Below, piece after piece: positions 26,498 to 39,780 of a stretch of DNA of 64,000 nucleotides (position 1 is the stretch's first letter; each line of letters opens with the position of its first letter). The notes under the pieces were generated by a model. That model searched no databases. It was not told the DNA's origin and saw only the letters and a list, made by a program, of their open reading frames with translations. The DNA comes from Octopus vulgaris (Eukaryota). The DNA lies in contig OX597828.1 in NCBI GenBank assembly GCA_951406725.2, forward strand, positions 35,340,001 to 35,404,000, read 5' to 3'. A program made the translations under genes and the position numbers.

Positions 26498-26676
26498 GGC
26501 ATAGGAGTGGCTGTGTGGTAAGCAGCTTGCTTACCAACAACATGGTTCCAGGTTCAGTCCCACTGCGTGGCACCTTGGGCAAGTGTCTTCTACTATAGCC
26601 TCGGGCTGACCAAAGCCTTGTGAGTGGATTTGGTAGATGGAAACTGAAAGAAGCCCATCGTATATTATATGTGTGT

Positions 26677-26721
<45 letters not shown>

Positions 26722-26930
26722 TGTGTTTGTGTTTGTCCTCCCAACATCGCTTGACAACTGATGCTGGTGTGTTTACGTCCCCATAACTTAGCTGTTCAGC
26801 AAAAGAGACCGATAGAATAAGTACTAGGCTTACAAAGAACAAGTCCTGGGTTCAATTCGCTCGACTAAAGGCAGTGCTCCAGTATGGTTGTAGTCAAATG
26901 ACTGAAACAAGTAAAAGAGTAAAAGAGTAT
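26498..26930 (+). mobile_element. Full-length CORE-type SINE family A
   Basis: Same organisation as 24585-24985; preceded by a family D copy at about 26180-26390. Confidence 0.9.
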
Positions 26931-27895
26931 TATTATGAAGATTTTATTCCATTTTACTAATGAAATTCTGAATTTGGCTCTAATCAACATATTGTAATTC
27001 TCTGCATGGTTGATCAAATTGTTAGAAACAGTAGTTAAATCTCCCTCAAATTACACACATTCCATAGTTTTGGAAAAAGTAAAAAGATTTATCAGAAAAT
27101 GTATTTTTGGTTGTGGCTAGGTGCAGGCGTGGCTGCGTGGTGAGGTATTTGCTCCCCAACCACATGGTTCTGGGCTCAATCCTGCTGCACCGCACCTCAA
27201 GTGAATGTTTTCTACCACAGCCATGGACCCACCCATATCTGACCCCGTGAGTGGATTCAATGTACAGAAGCTGAAAGGAGTCTGTGTGTGTGTGTGTGTG
27301 TGTGTGTGAAGGAAGGAAAGAAAGAAAGAAGGAAAGAAGGAAGGAAGGAAGGAAGGAAGGAAGGAAGGAAGGAAGGAAGGAAGGAAGGAAGGCAGATAGA
27401 AAGAAGGAATGAAAGGAAGGAGAGAAAGAAAAAGAAGGGGAGAAATAAGAAAGGAAGGAAGGAAGGGAGGAAGGAGTAAAGAAAGAAGGAAAAATCTGAA
27501 ATAGAATAAATAAATAAAACAAGTAAAAAAGATCACTAATTACAAAAACATAAAAAAAAAGAGAAGGCAATGTTGTATCCATTCCTCTCACCTCTACCAT
27601 CCATCATCTTCTCTCATTTGAATAAATGAATGAATGAATGAATGATTGAATGAATGCACATATATGTTTGAATGAAATAAAATGAAGGAGATGAATGAAC
27701 AAGTGACATTTTCGCTAGATTCAGTATGGCTATGTAAATGAATGATGTTTAGGGTAGTTAGGAGGGTAGACATGGCCGTGAGTGGTTAGTTTCTGCCACA
27801 TAATAACAATAACAATAACAATAATAATAACAACAACAATAATAACAATAATTATAGTAATAATAATAATAATAACAATAATAATAGTAATAGTA

Positions 27896-27951
<56 letters not shown>

Positions 27952-27975
27952 CATAATCATAATAATAATAATAAT

Positions 27976-28136
27976 AAAATTGCACTACTGGGCACTGCAC
28001 ACATCCTACGCAGAACACTTTCCATACAATAACCATCAGAGCATCACAACAAATCACAGCACATACCCAAGGCACACAGAGCTGTGCTCGGTAGTGAAGT
28101 GAAAGCACGCTATAAAAATAAAAATAAAACTACTGA
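27976..28136 (+). mobile_element. R4/Dong-clade LINE 3' end inserted in (TAA)n
   Basis: KIALLGTAHILRRTLSIQ* followed by a short 3' UTR, flanked on both sides by long (AAT)n arrays. Confidence 0.75.
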
Positions 28137-28232
28137 ATAATAATAATAACAATAATAATAATAATCATAATAATAATAATAATAATAATAATGATAATAA
28201 TAGTAATAGTAGTAATAATAATAATAATAATG

Positions 28233-28277
<45 letters not shown>

Positions 28278-28569
28278 GTGGTTGTGGTGGTGGAGCTTAG
28301 AGTTTTTGGCTTGTTTAGTTTTTGGTGTTCAGTGAAGACAGACCTTGCGACTTGACAGTGATTTTGTAATGGCTCATTAGAACCTGTGAAGCAATGAAAA
28401 GCAATAAATGTAAAAACTGTCTTGGATTTTGTGTTTTCTGCTTCAGTGGAGAGAGAGAGAGAGAGAGGAAGAGAGAGAGGAAGAGAGAGGGAGAGGGGGG
28501 GAAGCGAGAAGTTAAGCATATTGCTTGGAATCAGTAACATTATTATTACTGCCAAATATATGATTAGTT

Positions 28570-28621
28570 AGGCGATGGTTGGCCAGTTGGCTGGCTGGCT
28601 GGTGTTATTGGTGATGGGGGG

Positions 28622-28665
<44 letters not shown>

Positions 28666-29850
28666 ACTGGTGGTAGGGTGGGGGTGATAGTGCTGGTTGG
28701 TGGTGGTTGATGGTAAATGTAGGTTGTGGCTAGTGGCAGTGGTACCATGAGTGGGCAGGGCTGATGTTAAAAGGCTGGAAGAAGAAATTGTGCTGGTGTT
28801 GGTGTTGGTGATGGTGGTGGTGGTGGTGGCGGTGGCGGTGGCGGTGGTGGTGGTGGTGGTGGTGGTGGTGGTGGTGGTGGTGGTGATAGTGTTGTTGTTG
28901 TTGTTGATTTTTGTGGTGTTGGTTGTGGTGTTGGTGGCTGTGGTTAGTGGCAAGGAATGGTGTGATGTGGTGTGATTTGGCAGTATGGAGGAGCTGATGT
29001 TAAAAGATGGAAAGGATGAAACTGTGGCAAAGGTGATGGTGGTGGTGGTGGTGGTGGTGGTGGTGGTGATGTGGTTTGTGTGGTAGTATCGTAAGAGTTA
29101 ACGTTAAAGGTGGGAAAAGTGAAACTGGTGAAGGTGATATGGGGTTGAGAGGCAGCAGGAAGGCAGTGGGGGGGGGTGTTGTTGTTGTTGAGTGGTAGTG
29201 GTGGAGGTGGTGATGGTGGTGGTTGGGGGGTGGTGGTGATGGTGGTGGCCGTGGAGGTCATGGTGGAAAAATTGGTGGTGGTGGTGGTGGTAGTGGTACT
29301 AAATTCTAGAAGAGATTGTTGTGGTGGTGGTGGTTGCAATGGAAGAAATATTAAGAGTAGTAGTGGTGGTGGTGGTTGTGTTGGTGGTGCCTGTTCTGGT
29401 AAAGGTGGTGTGGGTGATGGTGTTGGAGATGGCGGTAGTAGTGGTTGTGATTATGGTGGTGCTGTGCATAGAGGTGTAACAGTAGTAAGGTGGTGGGAGG
29501 AGTAAATAGTGAAGAAGGGGATGATATTTGCCTTAATAGTGGTGGTGGTGGTGATGGTGGTGGTGGAGGTGGTGGTGGTGTAGGTGGTTGTGGTGGTGGT
29601 GGTGGTGGTGGTATTGTTGGCAGTGGCAATAATGCATATGGTAAGAAACATGGCAATGGCAGGCTGAAGGTGGTAGAGTGGTGGTGGTGGTGGTGGTGTT
29701 GGTGGTGGTGTTGTTTGTTGTTGTCATAGCAATGTGATTGGTGGATGTGATGTATTGGAAAATTATTGTTTTGGTGGTGGTGGTGGTTGTGGTGGTGGTA
29801 CTAGAGCTTATGCTCATAGTTATATAGGCAGTGGTATTGGTGCTGTGTGG
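28570..29850. repeat. Degenerate (GGT)n/(CTG)n low-complexity block
   Basis: Directly visible. Confidence 0.95.
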
Positions 29851-30990
29851 TTGAGGTTGTGGTTTAGCCTCCTAGTCAGCCCTGTTCAAGTAGATTTATC
29901 AACAAAGACATTCCAACTGTGACCATCTCATCATTTTGTATTTCAGAAACTTCATTGCCCTATGTATGTGTCTTCCTTTTTTTTTTTTCAAGAAGATAAC
30001 ATATAATATGAGGTGGATTTGGTTGCTCTTTCTAGCAGTTTGAATTACTATATAAAAGCAGGCAAGTTGAGTAGGTTAGAAGTTCTTTACCCAGCCACAT
30101 GGCTCTGGGTTCAGCCCCACTTTGTGGCGCCTTGGGTAAGTGTCTTTTACTTGGTTGGTTTCAGGACAACCAAAGCCTTCTCAGTGGATTTGGTAGACAG
30201 AAACTGCATGGAAGCCTTTTGAGTGCGTGTATGTATTTATGTGTGTCCTTGACTTGACAATGTGTGATAGCTGTAAACAAGCTTCACCATCATACAAGTG
30301 GTGTCTTTCGTTTCCAATCTTTTGCAAACAGGGCCACGGGGAAATGCCTGGTTTGGAAACATGTGAAGGTTGGCAACAAGAAGGGCATCCAGGCATAGAA
30401 AATTTGCTGCAACGAATTCTGTCCAAACCATGCAAACATGGGAAAGTATGTTATGATGGTGGCGGTGGTGGTGATGGTGGTGGTAGTGGTGGTGATGATG
30501 CTGAGGAAGCCCTTATTTGTCCAGTCGTTGTTTTTGCTACTCAATCCCCAAGTTGCACTTACTGAGCAGACCAATGATCAAAAGCTTGGCCGTGTGGATA
30601 AGATGCTTGGATTGCAACTATACGGTTTTTGAGGGTTCCATCCCATTGTGAGGTACCTTTGACAAGCCTCTTCTATTACTGTCCTGGACCAACCAATACC
30701 TTATGAGTGAATTCGGTACATTGAAACTGGAAGTCTGCCAGCTATTGAAGAAGTCACCTGCCCAAGATGCCATGCAGTGGGACTGAACCCATACACATGA
30801 GGTAGCAACACAAGCTTCTTAACCATACTGCCATATCTTCACATATGAATTCTTGAATACCTTTTTGATCAGTAATGCATATATACATGTGTGTCTTTAT
30901 GTTTGTCCCTGCTCCTGTAACTTAACCATTCAACAAAAGAGATTGACAGAATAAGCACCAGACTTAAACTATAAGTACAGGGGTTGATTT

Positions 30991-31334
30991 ATACAGTTCT
31001 ATATTTAAGAGATGAGGAATTATGTACATCATCTACATTATTTACATTTATCTTGTTTTTTGTTAACAACATTTCAGCTGGGAAATTTCAGACTTGGGTT
31101 CTCATTCCTAAGGTATTTTTCCATGTTGTTATTATTATCATCATTATTCAGGTCACTGCCTGGAATTGAACTCGGAGTCTTAGGATTAGTAGCCCATGCT
31201 CTTAACCACTACGCCATATGCCCATGGACAATTGTGGAGTGAATTTCAGGGCTTATAAATCTATTATTTTCCTATCTTTCCTTAATACCGCTTCCTACTA
31301 ACCCCAAGATTCCGAGTTTGATTCCAAGCAGTGA

Positions 31335-31384
<50 letters not shown>

Positions 31385-31529
31385 TCGGAAAATACCTTAG
31401 GAATGAGAACCCAGGTTCAAAATTTCCCCAGGATGCCTGATGAAGGCTGGAGGGTATATCAGCCGAAACATTGTGTTAACAGCAAACAAGATGAGGACAA
31501 ATATCCGTTGAATGTAAATAATGTAAATA
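30991..31529. mobile_element. Penelope-like inverted-repeat insertion (tRNA-like head plus hammerhead) with 12-bp TSD
   Basis: TSD aggggttgattt at 30979-30990 and 31530-31541, splitting a family A SINE tail. Minus copy 31294->30991 (hammerhead partly deleted), plus copy 31295->31529. Confidence 0.85.
31432..31477 (+). ncRNA. Minimal type I hammerhead motif (stem III mutated)
   Basis: gatgc-CTGATGA-a-ggctg(gagggtatat)cagcc-GAAA-cat-t-gtgtt; ACGT changed to ACAT. Confidence 0.65.
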
Positions 31530-32013
31530 AGGGGTTGATTTGTTCACCTAAACCCTTTAATGCAGGGCCCCAGTATAGCTACATACTGCAGCCTGCCTTC
31601 GTCCCTATCCCCACTGACTAAAAGATATATGAAAGAAACTACATCAAAAGAGTTTTTCTATTGTTAATGTTCTTATGGAATGGTCTTATAAATTATCTTG
31701 TCTATAAATATAAAAGTGTGTCATTTAGTTTAAATGATTGATTGAATCTCATTAAAATGTGAAACTAATGGCTATAGGGTATGTAATTTCAGCTTGGAAT
31801 GGAAATTTATTGGCAACTCGACATCTTTTTTATTAAATGCTTTGCACCTCTCAATGGTTCACTCAGTTGTGTATATCCTTCACACACAAACTTACACAAA
31901 CACATGACATATCAAGAGGAGGAGAGAGAGAGAGAGAGAGTGAGACAAATTTATAGTTCGCTAGCTAGCTAAATAAGCTAATAGATAAATACACACAAAC
32001 CTACACACACATA

Positions 32014-32154
<141 letters not shown>

Positions 32155-32284
32155 ATATATATATATATGTATGTATACACATACACACGCACATACACAT
32201 ATATATATGCACACACACACACACATATGTATATGCATATATGTATGTATATTTCTATCTGTATATCTATATCTATATTCTTGT

Positions 32285-32670
32285 ATTCTTTTATTCATTT
32301 CAGTCATTTGACTGTGGTCATGCTAGAGCACCGACTTTAGTCAAACAAATTGACTCCAAGACTTATTCTTTGGAAGCCTAGTACTTATTCTATCGGTCTC
32401 TTTTATCGAACCACTAAGTTACGGGGACATAAACACACCCGCATCAGTTGTCAAGCGATGTTGAGGGGACAAACACAAACATATGCATATATATATATAT
32501 ATATATATATACGATGGGCTTCTTTCAGTTTCCATCTACCAAATCCACTTACAAAGCTTTCGTTGCCCCGAGGCTATAGTAGAAGACACTTGCCCAAGGT
32601 GCCACGCAGTGGAACTGAACCATGTGATTGGCAAGCAAGCTACTTACCACACAGCCACTCCTGCGCCTAT
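32285..32670 (-). mobile_element. Full-length CORE-type SINE family A
   Basis: Reverse complement of the family consensus. Further partial SINEs at 32755-33045 (+, other family) and 33080-33240 (-). Confidence 0.9.
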
Positions 32671-33571
32671 ATATCTATAAAATATCTATAAAATAAATTT
32701 TGTGGGTGCACAAGTCTCCATACTCTTTATTATTAATATTATATATTTTATATAAGGTGCATAGCTTAGTAGTTAGGGTGTTGCATTCATGATTGCAAGA
32801 TTGTGATTTCAATTACCAGACCGGGCTTTGTGTTGTGTTCTTGAGCAAAGCACTTCATTTCACATTTCTCTGAGATCATTTCAACATCTGACATTTGGTA
32901 TCTTGTTGCACCTGTACAGGTAATGTTGATTTGATGGAGGGAGTGAGGTTATGTCTACACAAACATTTGATCACTATAAACAAATCATCTGTGTGGTTGT
33001 TCGATAAGAAATTGTCAAACCCTCATATGTTGTCTAATGACGGGAGAGTCCATTTTTATATATATATATATATATATATATGACGGGTTTTGTTCAGTTT
33101 CCGTCTACCAAATCCACCCACAAAGCTTTGGTCGGCCTGAGGTAACAGTAGAAGACACTTGTTCATGGTGTCATGCAGTGGGACTGAAACCAGAACTATA
33201 TGGTTGGGAAGCAAACTTCTTACCACACAGCCATGCCTGATGATCTTTTCATGGGGAATTGTGTCCCATAGTCTTCAAGGTGTCACCTATATAAAGTGAG
33301 AGTTGAGATTGGAAGGGTGCTGCTGGAGAGAGATTTGACTGGTGTTTCTAGCACAATGACTAGCTCTGTATCCAGAGTAAACAAGCTTAGTATGTAATCT
33401 TCCGAAATATATTTATATAAGAGGCCAAAATCAATATTTCAATCTAGCAAACTATTTGCTAATTTTACAATCATCTTAGCTCGTTATGGACTCTCAGAAA
33501 AGATTAAATATTCTCAGGTATTCAGAATTTCATCATATCAGCAAAACAACAAAAACAAAACAAAAATAGTA

Positions 33572-33629
<58 letters not shown>

Positions 33630-33717
33630 TAATAATAATAATTTAGTGGCAAACACTATTTTATAAGTTGACAACATTTTTTATTTGGCTTCTGTGGCTT
33701 TGATATGTCTCATAAAC

Positions 33718-34435
33718 ATCATCGTCACCATCATCATCATCATCATTATCACCATCACCACCACTATCATCACCATCACCACCACTATCATCACCATCAT
33801 CATCACAGCCTCCACCACCACCACTACCACCACCAGCTTTATCACTAACACTATCACCCACAACTGCCACCACCACCACCACTATCATCATCACCACCAC
33901 CACAGCCATCATCACCATCATCATCACAGCCTCCACTACCACCACCTTTATCACTAACACTATCACTCACAACTGCCACCACCACCACCACCACCACTAT
34001 CATCATCACCACCACCACAGCCATCATCACCATCATCATCACAGCCTCCACTACCACCACCTTTATCACTAACACTATCACCCACAACTGCCACCACCAC
34101 CACCACCACTATCATCACCACCACCACCACAGCCATCATCACCATCATCATCACAGCCTCCACTACCACCACCTTTATCACTAACACTATCACCCACAAC
34201 TGCCACACCCACAACTGCCACCACCACCACCACCACTATCATCACCACCACCACCACAGCCATCATCACCATCATCATCACAGCCTCCACTACCACCACC
34301 GTTATCACTAACACTATCACCCACAACTGCCACCACCACCACCACCACTATCATCACCACCACCACCACAGCCATCATCACCACCACCACCACAGCTATC
34401 ATCATCATCATCGTTATCATCGTCATGATCGTCAT
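33718..34435. repeat. Higher-order tandem repeat (~110-125 bp) built from CAC/CAT triplets, 5-6 units
   Basis: The marker ttatcactaacactatcac(c/t)cacaactgcc recurs about every 112-127 bp. Confidence 0.9.
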
Positions 34436-35064
34436 TACTCCCTGCCATCTTATATATGTTTTCCCATGCTTGCATAAGCTGGGTGAGGGTTTTAATTTTC
34501 CTTTATCAACAAAGCCTCCCGTCTCATGCTACAGTCCCTTATCATCTCCTTGATAACTTTCACCCTCAGCCTCTTGAGATCATCCCCCAACACTTTCTAC
34601 CCGTGTCATCCTCAGTCTTCCTCAACAAGTTCCTCCCTCTTGGATCAATTCACACTTCTTTGACCAACTGTCATCACACATCCATTCCAGTGCAGTCGAC
34701 TTGTCACCTCCATATATTCATAATTGGTTTCTGCCCACGCTACATCTGTGAATTAATTACACTAATTAAATACAGTGGAACAGTCATAAACGACTGACAT
34801 TATATATATATATATATATATATATTTATGAAACCTTAGCGACTGAAGAAGGGGTTTTTTCTTTGTGTTAATTGTCCTGTACTCCATTTTTTGTTGGTTT
34901 AAAAAAATGTCCTGTTCCTTTGGTTTGTGTCTATGTTTTCGTTTCTCTTTGTGTTCGACGTCCCTTTTGGTGTCCTGTACTCATATATGTGTGTATATGT
35001 ACATGTAGAGGTAGGTACGTACATATATGTTTATATATATGCATATGTTTTATTTCATTTATTA

Positions 35065-35096
<32 letters not shown>

Positions 35097-35403
35097 ATGT
35101 ATGTATATGTATATATACATATGTATGTATATACACATACACACATATATATATACATACATACACACATATACCTACATATATGTATATGTGTGTATGT
35201 ATGTATATGTATGCATATATATGCACATACATGCCACAGTTGCCTAATTGTCTGTAGTAATATTGTATTTATGGCCACTCACTATAATTAAAGTCTTTAT
35301 TAAATAGATACACTGATTTGCATAAATGTCATATTCTTGGTAGCTAATTCAATTGAGAAATTACTGACTTGTCATTAATTTATTATATATGTATATACAT
35401 AGA

Positions 35404-35750
35404 TACAGGTTGCGATGAATAAACTGTTCTGTAAATTACACAAAAATGAAAATAACTCTGACGTCTCATTTTAACAGATATATTTACCAAAATTACGTTA
35501 AAATATCTTGAAATACTAAAGAGTAAATTTATTCAATAAAATCACCATTGGCTTCAACCACAGCCTCCAGACGACTTCGAAATATCCTGCAACTTTTCTG
35601 CATGGTCTCCTTGACTAAGTTTGTGAATGCTGTCATAATCTTTGCCTTCAGTTCATCTTTGGTGTTGCAAGGAGTTTTGGTGGTCTCTTACTCAACTGTG
35701 TGCCACACATAATAATCAAGGAAGTTGCAATCAAGGGGGTCGCTGTCTGG
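35404..35750 (-). pseudogene. maT-like transposase C-terminal fragment plus terminal repeat
   Basis: Minus: DCNFLDYYVWHTVE*ETTKTPCNTKDELKAKIMTAFTNLVKETMQKSCRIFRSRLEAVVEANGDFIE; terminus tacaggttgcg at 35404. Confidence 0.8.
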
Positions 35751-36535
35751 GGTTGCATCTATATAAAAAGCAAACTTCTTAGCTACACAACCATGCCTGC
35801 GCCTGTGTGTGTGTGTATGCGTGTATATACCAATATACATATATATGCACACATATATGTGTGTCTTGATGTCACCTTTTCTATTTTCCTATTCTAATGG
35901 CCTTCAAACGGCTATGGCCTATGTAACTCCATCATTAGACTGAAAAGATTTGTTTAAAAACCAAAAGAACAGGACCTTTTAAAAACATGCTGTAATGCAG
36001 ATAGGAGGAGAGAAAGAGAGGGAGAGAGAGAAAGGAAAAGGAAGAGAGAGAAAATACCATAAGCTAGGAAGCATTTATCCATGTTTTATAGTTGAAAATC
36101 TGCTGTCTGAATTATAGGTCACAAGACAGATGTCATGGTTTGGTGAGAAACTAGTGAACCATTTAATAAAAGAAGATTCATAAGAAAAAAATGTACCTTG
36201 CTATATATGTGTGTGTGCATGGATCTATATGTGTGTGTATACATGTGTGTAGATATATATATATATATATATATATATGCATGTATCTACATACATAATT
36301 AAGTATGTATATGTATGTGTATATATATATGTATGGATATGAAAATATAAATATATGCATATATGTGTGTGTATGTGCATGTGTGAATGAATGTATGTAT
36401 ATATGTATGGATATATAAGTATAAATATATGTATATATACATATATACATATATATACGTATATATATATACATATATAAATATAGACATATATATACAT
36501 ATAAATAAATAAATGAATATATGTATACATACATG

Positions 36536-36595
<60 letters not shown>

Positions 36596-36687
36596 TACAT
36601 ATATATATCTTGAAGTACTGGTATATTCTAGACTAACATTTGCAGTTTTGCTTGACTTGTGTTATAGAATCATGTTCAATCAGTGTG

Positions 36688-36722
<35 letters not shown>

Positions 36723-37592
36723 CTTCTCTTTGTATGACCACCTCCCAAGACAGTTGAGTCCTGTCAATGTTGATTTATTATTGCATCCCCTTCGGTATCA
36801 TTAGCAGACATAACAGATGGAGACTGAATAAATGGCCAATATCGATTAGAAGGCTTGGAGATGAGCTCTAACACAGGTGGAGTGGAGATAGATTGAAGGC
36901 TGTTTCTTGTTTGTTATAATTCCCATGTGATAAGTATGGGTTTGTGTGTGTGTGTATGTGTGTTTATTTTGATGTATTCATACTTATATATATATATATA
37001 TATATGTATGTTATTGTTGAAGTACATTCCTTTCCCTATTACTCCAAGATTTATGCTGAAGTGGTATACATCAGATGGTATAACAACAAAGCAAATTTTA
37101 AACTTTGGTAAGAAAGTAATGGAATAGGGAATGATTATCAGCCTTTCCTACTGAAATACCCACACACACACACACACACACAAGCACTCATGTGTGCACG
37201 CACATAAACACACATAAACACACACACATATATTTCTTAGTGACAAATGGACACGGACACACACACACATACATATATATATTAATAATGATCCTTTCTA
37301 CTCCAGGCACAAATCCTTGAAATTTTGGGAAAGGGGATTAATCGATTACATTGAACACACTGTTTCACTAGTACTTAATTTATTGATCCCAAAAGGGTGA
37401 AAGACAAAGTTGACCTTGGCAGGATTTGAACTCAGAACATAGCAGCTGACAAAATACCGCTAAGCATTTTGCCCGGCGTACTAATAATTCTGCCAGCTCA
37501 CCACTTTATATATATTAATAATAATAAAGAATATGGAGACTTGTACTTCCACAAAATTTATTTTTTATATATATATACAGTATATGATATAT

Positions 37593-37990
37593 TCTTTTAC
37601 TTGTTTCAGTCATTTGACTGCGGCCATGCTGGAGCACCGCCTTTAGTCGAGCAAATCGACCCCCGGGACTTATTCTTTGTAAGCCCAGTACTTATTCTAT
37701 CGGTCTCATTTGCCGAACCGCTAAGTGACGGGGACGTAAACACACCAGCATCGGTTGTCAAGCAATGCTAGGGGGACAAACACAGACACACAAACACACA
37801 CACACATATATATATACATATATACGACAGGCTTCTTTCAGTTTCCGTTTACCAAATCCACTCACAAGGCATTGGTCGGCCCGGGGCTATAGCAGAAGAC
37901 ACTTGCCCAAGATGCCATGCAGTGGGACTGAACCCAGAACCATGTGGTTGGATAGCAAGCTACTTACCACACAGCCACTCCTGCGCCTAT
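37593..37990 (-). mobile_element. Young full-length CORE-type SINE family A
   Basis: CpG-retaining copy; an old family D copy precedes it at about 37290-37505. Confidence 0.9.
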
Positions 37991-38329
37991 TGTATATAAC
38001 CATAAAATAAATTTTGTCAGTGTACTATAAATGACTCTTTCACAATGTAATTTATTCACTTTTGATAGATAATATCTCATGCAGATATATGCCAATTAAT
38101 TACAATACAGGCATTCGAGCATGGTCGATGCCAGTGCTGCCTGACTGGCCTCCAAGCTGGTGGCATGTAAAAAGCACCCACTACACTTTCGAAGTGGTTA
38201 GCATTAGGAGGGGCATCCAGCTGTAGAAACCTTACTGGATCAGACTGGAACCTGGTGCAGCCTCCTGATTTCTCAGTCCTCAGTCAAACCATCAAACCTA
38301 TGCCAGCATAGAAAAGTGAGACTGACTAG

Positions 38330-38688
38330 CAGGAAGTGTGACGTTGAGTTGGCACCGCATTCACCTGACTTGACCCCACCCCAGATTTTTATCTGTTGGG
38401 GTATCTCAAGGAAAATGTATACCAGAACAACCCTCAAACTATTGGTGAACTGAAGGCAGCAATAACAGCAGAAATCAGGGAAATCCCCAAAGAGGAACAT
38501 GTCCAAGTAATTGACAATTTTTGTACAATGTATGCAAGAGTTTGCGTGCCGTATGCCATTTGGAGCATATTTTGAAAAGAACATGACTTTTATGCAAAGG
38601 GAATAATCGTACACAGACAGAAGTTTAAGTCCTTTGCAGGATTTAATAAAATTTTTATGGGTTCTGTTTTTTGGAGTCACCCTGTATA
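38330..38688 (+). pseudogene. Tc1/mariner-superfamily transposase 3' fragment plus right TIR
   Basis: KCDVELAPHSPDLTPP, then after a frameshift YLKENVYQNNPQTIGELKAAITAEIREIP; ends ggagtcaccctgTA. Confidence 0.8.
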
Positions 38689-38689
38689 A

Positions 38690-38712
38690 ATATATATATA
38701 TATATATGTGTG

Positions 38713-38746
<34 letters not shown>

Positions 38747-39071
38747 CGATGAGCTTCTTTCAGTTTCTGTCTACCAAATCCACTCACAAGGTTTTGGTTG
38801 GCCTGAGACTATAGTAGAAAACACTTTCCCAAGGTGCCACACAGTGGGACTGAACCCAGAACCACGTGGTTGGTGAGCAAGCTACTTGCCACACAGCCAC
38901 TCCTGTGCCTATATATATATATATATACATGGCAAGTAGCTTGCTCGCCAACCACGTGGTTCTGGGTTCAGTCCCACTGTGTGGCACCTTGGGCAAGTGT
39001 TTTCTACTATAGTCTCAGGCCAACCAAAACCTTGTGAGTGGATTTGGTAGACAGAAAATGAAAGAAGCTCA

Positions 39072-39155
<84 letters not shown>

Positions 39156-39365
39156 CTATGTTTGTGTGACTGTGTTTGTACCCTTACTATCGCTTGACAA
39201 CTGATGCTGGTGTGTTTTCGTCCCCGTAACTTAGCCATTCGGCAAAAGACACCGACAGAATAAGTTCTAGACTTACAAAGAATAAATCCTGTGGTGTCGA
39301 TTTTCTTGACTAAAGGCAGTGCCCCAGCATAGCAGCAATCAAATGACTGAAACAAATGAAAGAAT
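38690..39365. repeat. Fold-back inverted duplication of a family A SINE 5' half
   Basis: 38746-38891 is the reverse complement of 38930-39075 with 3 mismatches, extended by (TG)n/(CA)n and (TA)n arms. Confidence 0.9.
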
Positions 39366-39379
39366 ATATTTAATTTCAC

Positions 39380-39780
39380 TGCAGGAGTGGCTGTGTGGTA
39401 AGTAGCTTGTTTACCAACCACATGTTTCCGGGTTCAGTCCCACTGCGTGGCAACTTAGGCAAGTGTCTTCAACTATAGCCTCGGGCCAACCAAAGCCTTG
39501 TGAGTGGATTTGGTAGACGGAAACTGAAAGAAGCCCGTCGTATATATATATGCGTGTTTGTGTTTGTGTCTGTGTTTGCCCCCCTAGCATTGCTTGACAA
39601 CCGATGCTGGTGTGTTTATGTCCCCGTAACTTAGCGGTTCAGCAAAAGAGACCGATAGAATAAGTACTGGGCTTACAAAAGAATAAGCCCCGGGGTTGAG
39701 TTGCTCGATTAAAGGCGGTGCTCTAGCATGGCCGCAGTCAAATGACTGAAACAAGTAAAAGAGTAAAAGAGTAAAGAGTA
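39380..39780 (+). mobile_element. Young full-length CORE-type SINE family A
   Basis: Head, CORE, microsatellite and (gtaaaaga)n tail all present. Confidence 0.9.

Noticed and set aside
34838-34985. Hammerheads at ctgaaga (34842) and ctgatga (50910)
   Set aside because: Only the 5' core is present, with no matching stem II-GAAA-UH downstream. At most truncated Penelope-like remnants.
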